DNA from: Candidatus Oxydemutator sp.
GTDB lineage: Bacteria; Pseudomonadota; Gammaproteobacteria; Poriferisulfidales; Oxydemutatoraceae
DNA length: 64,000 bases
Direction of reading: 5' to 3'
Assembly (NCBI GenBank): GCA_965203445.1
Contig: OZ241883.1
Span: 256,001-320,000 of the forward strand
The notes under the pieces are model-generated. The model searched no databases and was not told where the DNA came from. It saw only the letters and a program-made list of their open reading frames with translations. Position 1 is the stretch's first letter; each line of letters opens with the position of its first letter. Made by a program: the position numbers and the translations under genes. Of this stretch, positions 37,012 to 47,355 are shown in pieces.

Positions 37012-37585
37012 CTTCGAGAAAATTGCGCAGCAGGTCGTGGCCGTGCGCGGTCAGAATGGATTCGGGATGAAACTGCACGCCGGCGACCGCGTGGTGCCTG
37101 TGGCGCACGCCCATGATCTCGCCGACGCCGCCGCCTTCTGATTGCGTCCACGCGCAAATCTCGAGACAGTCGGGCAGCGTATCCTTTTTTATCACCAGCG
37201 AATGGTAGCGCGTCGCCTCGAACGGGTCGCTAAGCGCGGTGAACACGCCTTTGCCGTCGTGGCGTATCATCGAGGTCTTGCCGTGCATGATCTCGCGCGC
37301 GTGGACGATGCGCCCGCCGAAGGCCTGGCCGATGGCCTGATGACCGAGGCACACGCCGAGGATCGGCACGCGCCCGGCGAACGCGCGGATCGTATCGAGC
37401 GACACGCCGGCCTCGTTCGGCGTGCACGGCCCCGGCGAGATGATGATGCGCTCCGGACGCAGCGCGGCGATGCCGTCGACGTCGACCTCGTCGTTGCGCA
37501 CGACGCGCACCTCGGAACCGAGTTCGCGCAGGTACTGCACCAGGTTGTAGGTGAACGAATCATAGTTGTCGATCATCAAAATCAT
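37001..37585 (-). CDS. trpG: Anthranilate synthase component II
   Basis: [32 protein letters not shown]. Confidence 0.96.
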   Translation of the reverse strand: MILMIDNYDSFTYNLVQYLRELGSEVRVVRNDEVDVDGIAALRPERIIISPGPCTPNEAGVSLDTIRAFAGRVPILGVCLGHQAIGQAFGGRIVHAREIMHGKTSMIRHDGKGVFTALSDPFEATRYHSLVIKKDTLPDCLEICAWTQSEGGGVGEIMGVRHRHHAVAGVQFHPESILTAHGHDLLRNFLEDAA

Positions 37586-37620
37586 CGTGCCAGTATCATC
37601 GTGCCAGTATCATCGCGCCG
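37581..37620. repeat. 14-bp tandem repeat (about 2.8 copies) overlapping the trpG start codon
   Basis: ATCATCGTGCCAGT ATCATCGTGCCAGT ATCATCGCGCCG. Confidence 0.85.
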
Positions 37621-37662
37621 GCCCGTGCCGATGGGGAACGCGGGGACAGACGTTCGATTGTA

Positions 37663-39135
37663 TCAAAGCAATTCGCCGGCGCCGGCGGCGGCCTCGAACA
37701 TCGCGCGCGCCTTGCTCATCGTCTCCTCCCATTCGCGTTCGGGCACCGAGTCATAGACCAGCCCGGCGCCGGCCTGCACGATCAGCGCGCCGTCGCGGAT
37801 GAGCGCGGTGCGGATTGCGATGGCGGTGTCCATCGCGCCGTTCCAGCCGATGTAGCCGATGGCGCCGCCGTACACGTTGCGCTTGACCGGTTCGAGTTCG
37901 GCGATGATCTCCAGCGCGCGGATTTTGGGCGCGCCCGACAGCGTTCCCGCCGGAAACGTCGCGCGCAGCGCGTCGAGCGGGCGCAAGCCGTCGGCGGCGA
38001 TGGCGGTGACGTTCGAGACGATGTGCATGACGTGGGAGTAGCGCTCGACGACCATCTTCTCGGTCACGCGCACGCTGCCGGTGCGCGCGACGCGCCCCAG
38101 GTCGTTGCGTCCGAGATCGATCAGCATCAGATGTTCGGCGAGCTCCTTGGCGTCCGCCAGCAGTTCGCGTTCCAGGCGCAGGTCCTCGTCGTGGTCGCGG
38201 CCGCGCCGGCGCGTGCCGGCAATCGGGCGCACCGTCAGCCGCCCGTGTTCGAGGCGCACCAATATCTCGGGCGACGAACCGGCTATGCGGAAGTCGTCGA
38301 GGTCGAGGTAATACAGGTACGGGGACGGATTCAGGCGCCGCAGCGCGCGGTAGAAGTTCAGGCCCGGATGACGGAAAGGCGCGCTCAGGCGCTGCGACAG
38401 CACGATCTGCATCGCGTCGCCGTCGGCGATGTAGCGGCGGCACTTGTCGACCGCGCGCACGAACGCGTCGCGCCCGAAGCTCGACACGAAGTCGCGCTCG
38501 CGCGGCGGCGGCGCGTCGCAGCGGCGCGCTTGCGGCAGCGGCGCGCGCAGGCGTCGTTCGAGTTCGGCGACGTCGTCGCAGGCCTCGTCGTAGCCGTCGG
38601 CCCGCGAGGTGTCGGCGAGCGCGATCAGCGACAGCGTCCCGCGCAGGTTGTCAAACACGACGACGCGCTCGGACACCAACAGCAGAATATCGGGAATGCC
38701 GAGTTCGTCGGGGGGGCTTGCGCCGGCCAGGCGCGGCTCGATATAGCCGACGGTCTCGTAGCCGAAGTAGCCGACGAGACCGCCGATGAAGCGCGGCAGA
38801 CCGTCTATTTGCGGCACTCGAAACGCGGCCGCGTAGTCCGCGATCCAGGCGAGCGGGTCGCCGCCGTCGTGGCGTTGCTCGACGTGCCCGTCGCAGTGGA
38901 CGCTGACGCGCCCGCCGCTGACGCGGACGTGCCTGCGACAAGCCGCGCCGATGATCGAATAACGCCCCCAGTGCTCGCCGCCGCTGACCGATTCGAGCAG
39001 GTAGGTGTACGCGCAGTCGGCCAGTTTGCGATAGACGCCGACGGGCGTGTCGAGATCGGCCGCGACCTCGCGCACCAGCGGCACGTGCGTGTAGCCGCGT
39101 CGCGCCAGACGCCGGTATTCGTCGCGCGTGATCAT
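37663..39135 (-). CDS. trpE: Anthranilate synthase component I
   Basis: LLESV, NPSPY, SSPEIL, PIAGTRRRG, EHLMLIDLGRND, FPAGTLSGAPK. Confidence 0.96.
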   Translation of the reverse strand: MITRDEYRRLARRGYTHVPLVREVAADLDTPVGVYRKLADCAYTYLLESVSGGEHWGRYSIIGAACRRHVRVSGGRVSVHCDGHVEQRHDGGDPLAWIADYAAAFRVPQIDGLPRFIGGLVGYFGYETVGYIEPRLAGASPPDELGIPDILLLVSERVVVFDNLRGTLSLIALADTSRADGYDEACDDVAELERRLRAPLPQARRCDAPPPRERDFVSSFGRDAFVRAVDKCRRYIADGDAMQIVLSQRLSAPFRHPGLNFYRALRRLNPSPYLYYLDLDDFRIAGSSPEILVRLEHGRLTVRPIAGTRRRGRDHDEDLRLERELLADAKELAEHLMLIDLGRNDLGRVARTGSVRVTEKMVVERYSHVMHIVSNVTAIAADGLRPLDALRATFPAGTLSGAPKIRALEIIAELEPVKRNVYGGAIGYIGWNGAMDTAIAIRTALIRDGALIVQAGAGLVYDSVPEREWEETMSKARAMFEAAAGAGELL

Positions 39136-39143
39136 CGCGCGCT

Positions 39144-39809
39144 TCAGGCCGCGGCCAGCGCCGCGCGTAAATCCGAGATCGCGCGGCGGCGATCGCGGGC
39201 GCCGAACACCGCGGAACCGGCGACGAAGGTGTCGGCGCCGGCGGCCTTGATGCGGGCGACGTTGCCGGCGCAAACGCCGCCGTCCACTTCCAGGCGAACG
39301 TCGCGTCCGCTTTCGTCTATCCACTCCCGCACGCGGCGAATCTTGTCCAACGTCGCCGGAATAAATTGCTGGCCGCCAAAGCCGGGGTTGACCGACATCA
39401 GCAATATCACGTCGAGCCGTTCCAGCACCCGGCGCAGGCAGTCGGGCGGCGTCGCCGGGTTCAGCGCAAGCCCGCCGCGGCAGTGCCTGGCGCGGATCAG
39501 TTGCAGGCTGCGATCGACGTGCTCGCTGGCTTCCGGGTGAAACGTCACGTACGAGGCGCCGGCGTCGGCGAACTCCGCGATCAGGCGATCCACCGGCGTG
39601 ACCATCAGGTGCACGTCTATCGGCGCGTCTATGCCGTAGTCGCGCAGCGCGCGGCACACCATCGGCCCGAACGTCAGGTTGGGCACGTAGTGGTTGTCCA
39701 TCACGTCGAAGTGGATCATGTCGGCGCCGGCGTCGAGCACGGTGCGCACCTCCTCGCCGAGGCGCGCAAAGTCGGCGGACAGGATCGAGGGACAGATCAG
39801 GTCTTTCAT
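39144..39809 (-). CDS. rpe: Ribulose-phosphate 3-epimerase
   Basis: [33 protein letters not shown]. Confidence 0.97.
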   Translation of the reverse strand: MKDLICPSILSADFARLGEEVRTVLDAGADMIHFDVMDNHYVPNLTFGPMVCRALRDYGIDAPIDVHLMVTPVDRLIAEFADAGASYVTFHPEASEHVDRSLQLIRARHCRGGLALNPATPPDCLRRVLERLDVILLMSVNPGFGGQQFIPATLDKIRRVREWIDESGRDVRLEVDGGVCAGNVARIKAAGADTFVAGSAVFGARDRRRAISDLRAALAAA

Positions 39810-40778
39810 CTACCGTTTGCGAAGAAGCTTGTGTATCCGATATTTGCAGTAGTCGAGCCGGTCGTGCAAGCCCCGGCGCACGCCGCCGCGTTCGCGGTAG
39901 CTCGGAAACCGCAGATGGCGCGAGGACGCGGCGCCTCGGATGATCTTGCGCGTCGTAAAAATGCGTTCAAAGCGCGCGAATATCGCGTCGTCGGTCAGGT
40001 AATCCAAGTCGCGGTTGTCGCGCAGGCGAGGTTCGGACAGACACGCCGCGTAGAGATCCTCGGATCGGTCCATTTCGGCGACTCTCTCCACCACCTCGTC
40101 GAAATTGTCGAAATCGTGGCAGTTGACGAAGGACTGGGGGTTGAACTCAAGGCCGATGAGCGGGTTGCCCCAGTATATCGGTATCGTGTCGGCGACCATC
40201 GCGTCGCAGATCTTCTCCGAAGTATAGCCGGGGTAGGAGGCGTTTTCAAAAATTATTGAAAACTTGTACGCCGACATGAAGTCCATCTTCGCCCGCGAGG
40301 TCGGCAGGCCGAAGCCGACGTTGTTGCGAAATCTTCCCGCGCTGTCCACGCGCTTGTAGGCGGAGAGCCTCGCAAAGAAAAAATTCCTCGCCGCGGGTTT
40401 CGGGTTGGCGTAGATGAAGTTGCAGAACTTGTCCTTGGCCGCCATCAGCGCGTCCACGTCTCGCGGCGACTTCAGCTCTTCGTAGCGGTTGCGTCCCCAA
40501 CGATAGGCGGGCAGCCTGTAGTTGCGCCGGGTTATCGGATAGTCGAAACCGAAGGCGTAGTCGCATTCCGAGAAATCGGGGCGCACGTTTTCCGCGGTGC
40601 AGAAGATGCGCACGCAGTCGTACGCCAGATAATCCTTGCCGAACGTCGAATAGAACAGGAAATCCGGCTTGTCGGAGATCTCGAGGTCGAACCTTTTCGA
40701 CAACAGCAGAAAAAACGGATTGTTGCGGGCGTTTGCCCCCGGCCAGAAGTCGCTGAAGTGAACCTTGAGGCTTTCCAT
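39810..40778 (-). CDS. Glycosyltransferase family 10 (alpha-1,3/4-fucosyltransferase-like)
   Basis: ENVRPDF, YKFSIIFEN..YPGYTSEKI, IPIYWG, FVNCHDF. Confidence 0.88.
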   Translation of the reverse strand: MESLKVHFSDFWPGANARNNPFFLLLSKRFDLEISDKPDFLFYSTFGKDYLAYDCVRIFCTAENVRPDFSECDYAFGFDYPITRRNYRLPAYRWGRNRYEELKSPRDVDALMAAKDKFCNFIYANPKPAARNFFFARLSAYKRVDSAGRFRNNVGFGLPTSRAKMDFMSAYKFSIIFENASYPGYTSEKICDAMVADTIPIYWGNPLIGLEFNPQSFVNCHDFDNFDEVVERVAEMDRSEDLYAACLSEPRLRDNRDLDYLTDDAIFARFERIFTTRKIIRGAASSRHLRFPSYRERGGVRRGLHDRLDYCKYRIHKLLRKR

Positions 40779-40824
40779 GGGGCATCCTCCCGCGTGATCG
40801 GCGTGGTTGGCCGGGCGGGGTGGG

Positions 40825-43335
40825 TCAGAAAGAAAGCTTCAGGCTGGTGAAGTAAAACCCGCCGGTATAGGGGAAGGGCGCGGTGCGTCGGCTGTACGGG
40901 AAAATACCGCGGAAAGAATTGTCCGGGCAGACGCGCACTCTGTCAGGATCAGCCGGGCAGCCGGGCGCTCTCAGATTTATATTGCGCTCCGGCTTGGTGT
41001 CGAGCAGGTTGTTGGCGCCGATGGTCCAGTTGAAACGGTCGTCAAAATGGTACGTGTATTCGACGTCGGCGAGCCAGCGCGCGCCGTAGGTCTGGCGCAC
41101 CTCGTCCTGTTTGGAAGTGACGCTGCCGTAGCGGTTGACGCGCAGCGTAAGGTCATGGTCGCCGCGCTGGTAGCGCGCCGTGAATTGGTGGCTCTGGCTC
41201 GGATGGCCGGTCTCGATGTAGGCGGCCTCGACGTCGTTGAACAGCTCGACGCCCGCATCCAGTCCCGGCGGCGGCGCGGGGTCGCCGCTGACTTCGGCGT
41301 CGTTGACATTCATCGCCGCGCTCAGGTTCAGCGTCGCCCCGTCGGCGAACGGGTGCGCGTATTCGGCGACCACGTCGACGCCGCGCGTCAAGGTATCTAT
41401 CGCGTTGGTGAAAAACTGAAACTGGAGGCCGTCTATATTGGTGATGCCGTAGTCGGCCATCAGGACGTCGCCGACCCGGCCTCTCACCTCGGGGCGTATC
41501 TGGCCGCCCCTTATCCGGTTCGACAGCACGATGCGGTCGCGGATCTTGATCGCGTAGGCGTCCACCGACAGCGTGACGCGGTCGAAGGGATGCGCGACCA
41601 GGCCGAGGCTCAGGCTCTGCGAGTTTTCCTCCTCCAGCGCCTCGATGCCAAGCGCGCGCGCGAAGTTGCCGTCGTTGCGCGTCGTCAGCACCTCCCTGCC
41701 CACGTTCATGCCGGTGTCCCGATCGAAGTTGAACTGGGTGCTGATGTTGTCCAGATAGGTCTGCGCCAACCCCGGCGCGCGGAAACCCGACGAGATCGTC
41801 GCGCGCAGCGCCAGGCGCTCGGACAATTCGTAGCGCGCGGAGAGCTTGCCGTTGAGGTCGCTGCCGAAATCGCTGTAGTCCTCGTAGCGCAGCGCGGCGC
41901 CGACGCGCAGACGCTCGAGCGGCCACGTCTCGGTATCCACGTAGAAGGCGTGGTTGTGGCGGCTCTCGTCCACTTCGTTGTCGGGTCTGAAGCCCGGGAA
42001 CACCTGTATTCCGGGCGTGCCGGGCACGGCCGACGTCGTGGTCGGCTGGTTGGCCGCCAACACGCCGCCGTTTATCCACGACGCCTCCTCGCCGGCCTTG
42101 ATCTCGTAGCCGTCGCGGCGGTATTCGTAGCCGGCGGCGAGATGCAGCGGCTGCGCCAGCCCCAATTCTATCTGGCGCGTGGCGTCGAGGTTGAACGTCG
42201 TCTGCTCGAACACCATTTCGCCGGCGTCGGCGGCTCTCGGGCTGTCGTCGCCGAGCGACACGTTCAGCGAATTGGTGATGCGAAACTCGAACGTGTTTCG
42301 GCCGTGGGTGACGCCCGCGTCGACGTCCCACGCGCCGAGCGTCGTGCGCGCGCCCAGCGTCAGCGCATCGTCGTTCACGTCGGTGTTGATGAACGGCAGG
42401 AAACCATCCGGATATATCGCCGGACGGTTGCGGGCATCGAGCGCGCGGCGGTAGAAGCCGGCGGCCTTGGTGTCGCGCCGCGACAGCCCGCCGAAGGCGT
42501 AGAACGTGACGTCGCCTATCGGCAGTTCGGAATTGAAGAACAGATAGTCGTTGTCGGACTCGGCGTCGCCGAAGCGGTGGTTTTTGCGGTCGAAGGCGGC
42601 CTCGCGCCCGGTGCTCGTATCGCACGGACTGCTGTATTGACAGCGCGGGTCGTCGCCGGCGCGGTTGGTGCGGTTGCGGTCGCGGCGCTCCGCGGCAAGG
42701 TGGACAAAGCCGCCGTTGGCCAGCTCCAGTCCGGTGTTGAAGCTGTAGCGCCGCTGTGCGCCGTCGCCTTCGTAGGTCTCGCCGAAATAGGTGAACAGAT
42801 CGGTCGCCCCGGTGCCCCGTTTCAGCACGATGTTGATGATCCCGGCGATGGCGTCCGAACCGTACTGGGCCGCGGCGCCGTCGCGCAGCACTTCGATGCG
42901 CTCGATGGCGCTCGCCGGAATCGCGTTCAGGTCGGTGCCGGCGGAACCGCGACCGACCGAACCGTTGATGTGCACCAGCGCGCTGTTGTGGCGGCGTTTG
43001 CCGTTGATCAGCACGAGCACCTGGTCGGGATAGAGACCGCGCAGCGTCGCCGGGCGCACCGCGTCGGTGCCGTCGCTGATGGTGGACACCGAAAAATTGA
43101 ACGACGGGATCAACGTCTGGAGCAGGCGCGCGGTCTCGGTGATTCCGGTGCGCGCGATCTGGGCCCCGGTGATCACGTCCACCGGCGCCGAGGTGTCGCT
43201 TATCGTGCGCGCTTCGGCACGCGAACCGACGACGACCAGGCGCTCGACTTCGGCGGCCGTCGCGGTCACCGCAAACGCCGCCGCGCCCGCCAGTCCGGTA
43301 AGGACGGCGCGTATCCTGCGGATGAGGACGTGCAT
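40825..43335 (-). CDS. TonB-dependent receptor
   Basis: Signal peptide, VVVGSR, LRGL.PDQVLVLINGKRRH, IERIEVLRDGAAAQYGSDAIAG, terminal Phe. Confidence 0.93.
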   Translation of the reverse strand: MHVLIRRIRAVLTGLAGAAAFAVTATAAEVERLVVVGSRAEARTISDTSAPVDVITGAQIARTGITETARLLQTLIPSFNFSVSTISDGTDAVRPATLRGLYPDQVLVLINGKRRHNSALVHINGSVGRGSAGTDLNAIPASAIERIEVLRDGAAAQYGSDAIAGIINIVLKRGTGATDLFTYFGETYEGDGAQRRYSFNTGLELANGGFVHLAAERRDRNRTNRAGDDPRCQYSSPCDTSTGREAAFDRKNHRFGDAESDNDYLFFNSELPIGDVTFYAFGGLSRRDTKAAGFYRRALDARNRPAIYPDGFLPFINTDVNDDALTLGARTTLGAWDVDAGVTHGRNTFEFRITNSLNVSLGDDSPRAADAGEMVFEQTTFNLDATRQIELGLAQPLHLAAGYEYRRDGYEIKAGEEASWINGGVLAANQPTTTSAVPGTPGIQVFPGFRPDNEVDESRHNHAFYVDTETWPLERLRVGAALRYEDYSDFGSDLNGKLSARYELSERLALRATISSGFRAPGLAQTYLDNISTQFNFDRDTGMNVGREVLTTRNDGNFARALGIEALEEENSQSLSLGLVAHPFDRVTLSVDAYAIKIRDRIVLSNRIRGGQIRPEVRGRVGDVLMADYGITNIDGLQFQFFTNAIDTLTRGVDVVAEYAHPFADGATLNLSAAMNVNDAEVSGDPAPPPGLDAGVELFNDVEAAYIETGHPSQSHQFTARYQRGDHDLTLRVNRYGSVTSKQDEVRQTYGARWLADVEYTYHFDDRFNWTIGANNLLDTKPERNINLRAPGCPADPDRVRVCPDNSFRGIFPYSRRTAPFPYTGGFYFTSLKLSF

Positions 43336-43438
43336 AAAAATGATTATATCAACCGCCGACCCTTTGACGAAGCGCGGTTGCGCCCCGCCGGTAATTTGTT
43401 AAAATCAATAAACGATCCAAAAATAATCGTTTTTTCTT

Positions 43439-44344
43439 ATGACGAGACAACCGACGCTGCGCCAGCTGGGCTTTTTGATCAGCCTCGACGAACACCTGCA
43501 TTTTGGCAGAGCGGCGCAGGCGTGCTTTGTGTCGCAATCCACTTTCAGCCTGGCGATCAAGGAACTCGAATCGCTGCTCGGCGCGAAGCTGGTGGATCGC
43601 AACAGTCGGAGGGTGTTGTTCACACCGTTCGGCAAGGACGTGGTCGAGCAGGCGCGCGCGGTGTTGCGCGAGACCGACCGCCTGGTCGAGATCGCAAGCC
43701 GCGGCAAGGAACCGTTCACCGGGCGCCTGCGCCTCGGCGTGATTCCGACCATCGCGCCGTTCGCGCTGCCGGAGATGCTGCCGGACGTCCGCCGTCGCTG
43801 GCCGAAACTGCGGTTGTCGATCCGCGAGGACCTGACGGTGCGGCTGCACGAGGCACTGATCGCCGGTCATCTCGACCTGATCCTGATAGCGTTGCCGTTC
43901 GACCTGAAGGGCGTCGAGACGCTGGTGTTGTTTCGGGATCGTTTCAAACTTGCCTATCGCAAAGGCACGCGGCTTTTCGACCCGCGTCGCTACGACGAGG
44001 AGCAACTGCCCGACGGCAGTATCCTGCTGCTCGAGGACGGGCACTGCTTGCGCAACCAGGCGCTGTCGGCCTGCCGCGTCGAGAACGTGGACAAGATCAG
44101 CCCGTACAGCGCGAGCAGTCTCTACACGCTGGTGCAGATGGTCAACAACGATCTCGGCGTCACGTTCGTGCCGGAGATGGCGTGCAGCGGACGGCTGCTG
44201 GTGCGCACCAGCGTCGAGGTGGTGGACATGCCGCGCGCCGCGTACCGCGAGATCGGCTTCGCGTGGCGCCAGGGCACGGTGCGCGCCCCCGAATACCGAG
44301 ACTTCAGCGCCGCCTTTCAAAAACTCGATCCGGCGAACGCATGA
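43439..44344 (+). CDS. oxyR: LysR regulator, OxyR-like
   Basis: HFGRAAQACFVSQST HTH, GVIPTIAPF, LLEDGHCLRNQALSAC with both redox Cys. Confidence 0.85.
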   Translation: MTRQPTLRQLGFLISLDEHLHFGRAAQACFVSQSTFSLAIKELESLLGAKLVDRNSRRVLFTPFGKDVVEQARAVLRETDRLVEIASRGKEPFTGRLRLGVIPTIAPFALPEMLPDVRRRWPKLRLSIREDLTVRLHEALIAGHLDLILIALPFDLKGVETLVLFRDRFKLAYRKGTRLFDPRRYDEEQLPDGSILLLEDGHCLRNQALSACRVENVDKISPYSASSLYTLVQMVNNDLGVTFVPEMACSGRLLVRTSVEVVDMPRAAYREIGFAWRQGTVRAPEYRDFSAAFQKLDPANA

Positions 44345-44387
44345 GCACGCATCGCGGCACCCGGCCGCGCCCGCCCCGCCCCGCCTC

Positions 44388-45968
44388 GTGACCACGCCGA
44401 CCGACGCCGCCGCGCGACGCTCGCCGAGGCGCCCACTCAGGCGCGCACTGCTAAGCGTGTCCGACAAAACCGGCGTCGTAGATTTCGCGCGCGCGCTGCG
44501 CACCGCCGGCGTCGAGATATTGTCCACCGGCGGCACCGCGCGCGCGCTCGCCGCGGGCGGCGTCGAAGTACGCGACGTATCGGACTACACCGGCTTCCCG
44601 GAGATCATGGACGGGCGCGTCAAGACGCTGCATCCGCGCGTTCACGGCGGCCTGCTCGCGCGGCGCGACGCCGACGCCGCGGCCATGCGCGAATACGGTA
44701 TCGCCGGCATAGATCTGCTCGCGGTCAACCTCTACCCATTCGCGCAAACCGTCGCACGCGCCGACTGCACGACCGAGGAGGCAATCGAGAGCATAGACGT
44801 GGGCGGCCCGGCGATGATCCGGGCGGCGGCAAAAAATTACCGCCACGTCACGGTCGTCGTGGATCCGGCGGATTACGCCGAGATTGCCGAGACAATCGGC
44901 GGCGGCGGCGACGTCGCCGACGACCGGCGCTTCGCGTTGGCGACAAAGGCTTTCGAACACACCGCGGCCTACGACCGGATGATCGGCGGCTGGTTTGCCG
45001 CACGCACCGCGCCGGAGGAAGATGAGCTGCCGAAAACCTGGGGCGGTTTCGCGCGCACGGCGGCGCTGCGCTACGGCGAGAACCCCCACCAGCGGGCCGC
45101 GCTCTACGGTGACGGCGGCCCGTGCAGCGCGCGCCGGTTGCAGGGCAAGCCGATGTCGTTCAACAATTATCTGGACGCCGACGCCGCGTGCCGCACGCTG
45201 CGCGAGTTCGGCGAAACACCCGCCTGCGTCATCGTCAAACACGCCAACCCGTGCGCCGCCGCATGCGCGGACGACGCCGGCGAGGCCTACGCGCGCGCCC
45301 ACGCCGCCGATCCGTTGTCGGCCTTCGGCGGCGTCATCGCGCTGAACCGCGCACTCGACGAGGCCACCGCGCGCGCCGTCGTCACGACGCAGTTCGTCGA
45401 GGTTATCGCGGTGCCCGAGGCGCACCCCGGCGCGTTGCGGGTGCTGGCTGCCAAACCCGGGGTGCGCCTGCTGGCGTACCGCGACGACGCGCGCGACGGC
45501 GTGCTCGCCGTCAAGAGCATACGCGGCGGCTTACTGGTGCAGCAGGAGGACGAGGCGCGCGTCGAGGCGGGCGACCTGCAAACGGTGACCCGGCGCAAAC
45601 CGAACGCCGCCGAGATCGCGGACCTGCTGTTCGCGTGGCGCGTGGCCAGGCACGTGCACTCGAACGCAATCGTCTGCGCCGCCGGAATGCGCACCGTGGG
45701 CATCGGCGGCGGCCAGACGAGCCGCGTGGACGCGGTGCAAATCGCGCTGCACAAGGCCGCGCGCTGCGGCCATACGCTCGCCGGCGCGGCCATGGCGTCG
45801 GACGGATTCTTCCCGTTCGCCGACGCCGTCGCGCGCGCGCACGAGGCCGGCGTCGCGGCGGTCATCCAACCCGGTGGTTCGATGCACGACGCCGACGTGA
45901 TCGCCGCCGCCGACGAACGCGGCATCGCGATGGTGTTGACCGGCGTGCGCCATTTTCGGCACGGGTGA
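44388..45968 (+). CDS. purH: Bifunctional AICAR transformylase/IMP cyclohydrolase
   Basis: RALLSVSDK, GRVKTLHP, LRYGENPHQ, KHANPC, ASDGFFPF, RHFRH; start approximate. Confidence 0.96.
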   Translation: MTTPTDAAARRSPRRPLRRALLSVSDKTGVVDFARALRTAGVEILSTGGTARALAAGGVEVRDVSDYTGFPEIMDGRVKTLHPRVHGGLLARRDADAAAMREYGIAGIDLLAVNLYPFAQTVARADCTTEEAIESIDVGGPAMIRAAAKNYRHVTVVVDPADYAEIAETIGGGGDVADDRRFALATKAFEHTAAYDRMIGGWFAARTAPEEDELPKTWGGFARTAALRYGENPHQRAALYGDGGPCSARRLQGKPMSFNNYLDADAACRTLREFGETPACVIVKHANPCAAACADDAGEAYARAHAADPLSAFGGVIALNRALDEATARAVVTTQFVEVIAVPEAHPGALRVLAAKPGVRLLAYRDDARDGVLAVKSIRGGLLVQQEDEARVEAGDLQTVTRRKPNAAEIADLLFAWRVARHVHSNAIVCAAGMRTVGIGGGQTSRVDAVQIALHKAARCGHTLAGAAMASDGFFPFADAVARAHEAGVAAVIQPGGSMHDADVIAAADERGIAMVLTGVRHFRHG

Positions 45969-45972
45969 CGGC

Positions 45973-47265
45973 GTGGACGCGCTGATCGTCGGCGGCGGCG
46001 GCCGCGAGCACGCGCTGGCGTGGAAAATGGCGCAGAGTCCGCTGGCCGGCAAGATATACGTGGCGCCGGGCAACGCCGGCACGGCCCTGGAGGACGGCGT
46101 CGTCAACGTCGCAATCGCGGCGGACGACCTGGACCGGTTGTGCGCGTTCGCGCGCGAGCGCGGCGTCGGGGTCACCGTGGTTGGTCCGGAGGCGCCGCTG
46201 GCGGCGGGTATCGTGGATTGCTTCCGCGAGCACGGGCTTGCCGTCGTCGGCCCAACGCGCGCCGCCGCCAGGCTCGAATCGTCCAAGGTCTTCTGCAAAG
46301 ACTTCCTGCGCCGGCACGCCGTCCCGACCGCCGACTACCGCGTCTTCGACGACGCGCGCGCGGCGCGCGCGCACCTGCGCGCGTGTCCGCTGCCGGTCGT
46401 CGTCAAGGCCGACGGCCTGGCCGCCGGCAAGGGCGTCGTCGTCGCCCGCGCCCGCGACCACGCGTTGCGCGCCGCCGACGCGATGCTGTCGGGCGAGCGT
46501 TTCGGCGGCGCCGGGCGCCGCATCGTCGTCGAGGATTTTGTCGCGGGCGAAGAGGCGAGCTTCATTTGCCTGTGCGACGGCGAAACGCTGCTGCCGTTCG
46601 CCGCGTCGCAGGATCACAAGGCGCGCGACGAAGGCGGCGCCGGCCCCAACACCGGCGGCATGGGCGCGTATTCACCGACGCCCGTGGTCACCGACGACGT
46701 ACGCGAGCGCGTGCTGCGCGACGTCGTGCGCCCGACGCTCGCCGGCCTGGCCGCCGACGGCGTCGCGTTCACCGGCTTTCTGTACGCCGGCCTGATGGTG
46801 AACGCGACCGGCGATGCGCGCGTGCTCGAGTTCAACTGCCGCCTGGGCGACCCCGAGACGCAGCCGCTGTTGATGCGCCTGCGCTCGGATCTGCTCGAAT
46901 TGTGCGCCGCGGCCGCCAGCGGACGCCTGCAAGAGAGCGCGCCCGAGTGGGACAAACGCGCCGCGTTGGGCGTCGTGCTCGCCGCCGCGGGCTATCCCGA
47001 CGCCTATGAAACGGGGCACGCCATCGAGGGGCTGGATCGCGTGCCGCACGATACGAAGGTCTTTCACGCCGGCACCAGACGCAACGGCGCCTCGGTCGAG
47101 ACCGCCGGCGGGCGCGTGCTGTGCGTAACCGCGCTCGGCGACGAAGTCGCCGAAGCGCGCAAACGCGCCTACCGCGCGTGCGCCGAAATCAGCTGGCCGG
47201 GAATGTTCTTTCGTCGCGACGTCGGACAACGGGCAGCCGACCGCGACCACCCTGCGGGCGAATAG
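45973..47265 (+). CDS. purD: Phosphoribosylamine-glycine ligase
   Basis: GGGGREHAL, KADGLAAGKGV, QDHK, GPNTGGMGAYSP, GDPETQ. Confidence 0.97.
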   Translation: MDALIVGGGGREHALAWKMAQSPLAGKIYVAPGNAGTALEDGVVNVAIAADDLDRLCAFARERGVGVTVVGPEAPLAAGIVDCFREHGLAVVGPTRAAARLESSKVFCKDFLRRHAVPTADYRVFDDARAARAHLRACPLPVVVKADGLAAGKGVVVARARDHALRAADAMLSGERFGGAGRRIVVEDFVAGEEASFICLCDGETLLPFAASQDHKARDEGGAGPNTGGMGAYSPTPVVTDDVRERVLRDVVRPTLAGLAADGVAFTGFLYAGLMVNATGDARVLEFNCRLGDPETQPLLMRLRSDLLELCAAAASGRLQESAPEWDKRAALGVVLAAAGYPDAYETGHAIEGLDRVPHDTKVFHAGTRRNGASVETAGGRVLCVTALGDEVAEARKRAYRACAEISWPGMFFRRDVGQRAADRDHPAGE

Positions 47266-47355
47266 ACAAGAGCATTGGGAGAAACGGCGTTGCCGCCGGC
47301 TTTTCTACCGGGTTCCCGAAGGGAGCGCGGCGTTGACGGAGCGGACGGGGCGCGC

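Noticed and set aside
40807-44391. Very long alternative ORFs (1194 aa here; also 39-1496, 3200-5026, 15909-18206, 22133-24760, 61017-63197)
   Set aside because: Antisense or off-frame shadows of real genes, expected at high GC; no recognisable motifs.
44341-44391. ATG at 44341 as the purH start, implying a frameshift
   Set aside because: It is out of frame and gives only a short peptide; an in-frame GTG at 44388 yields an intact PurH.
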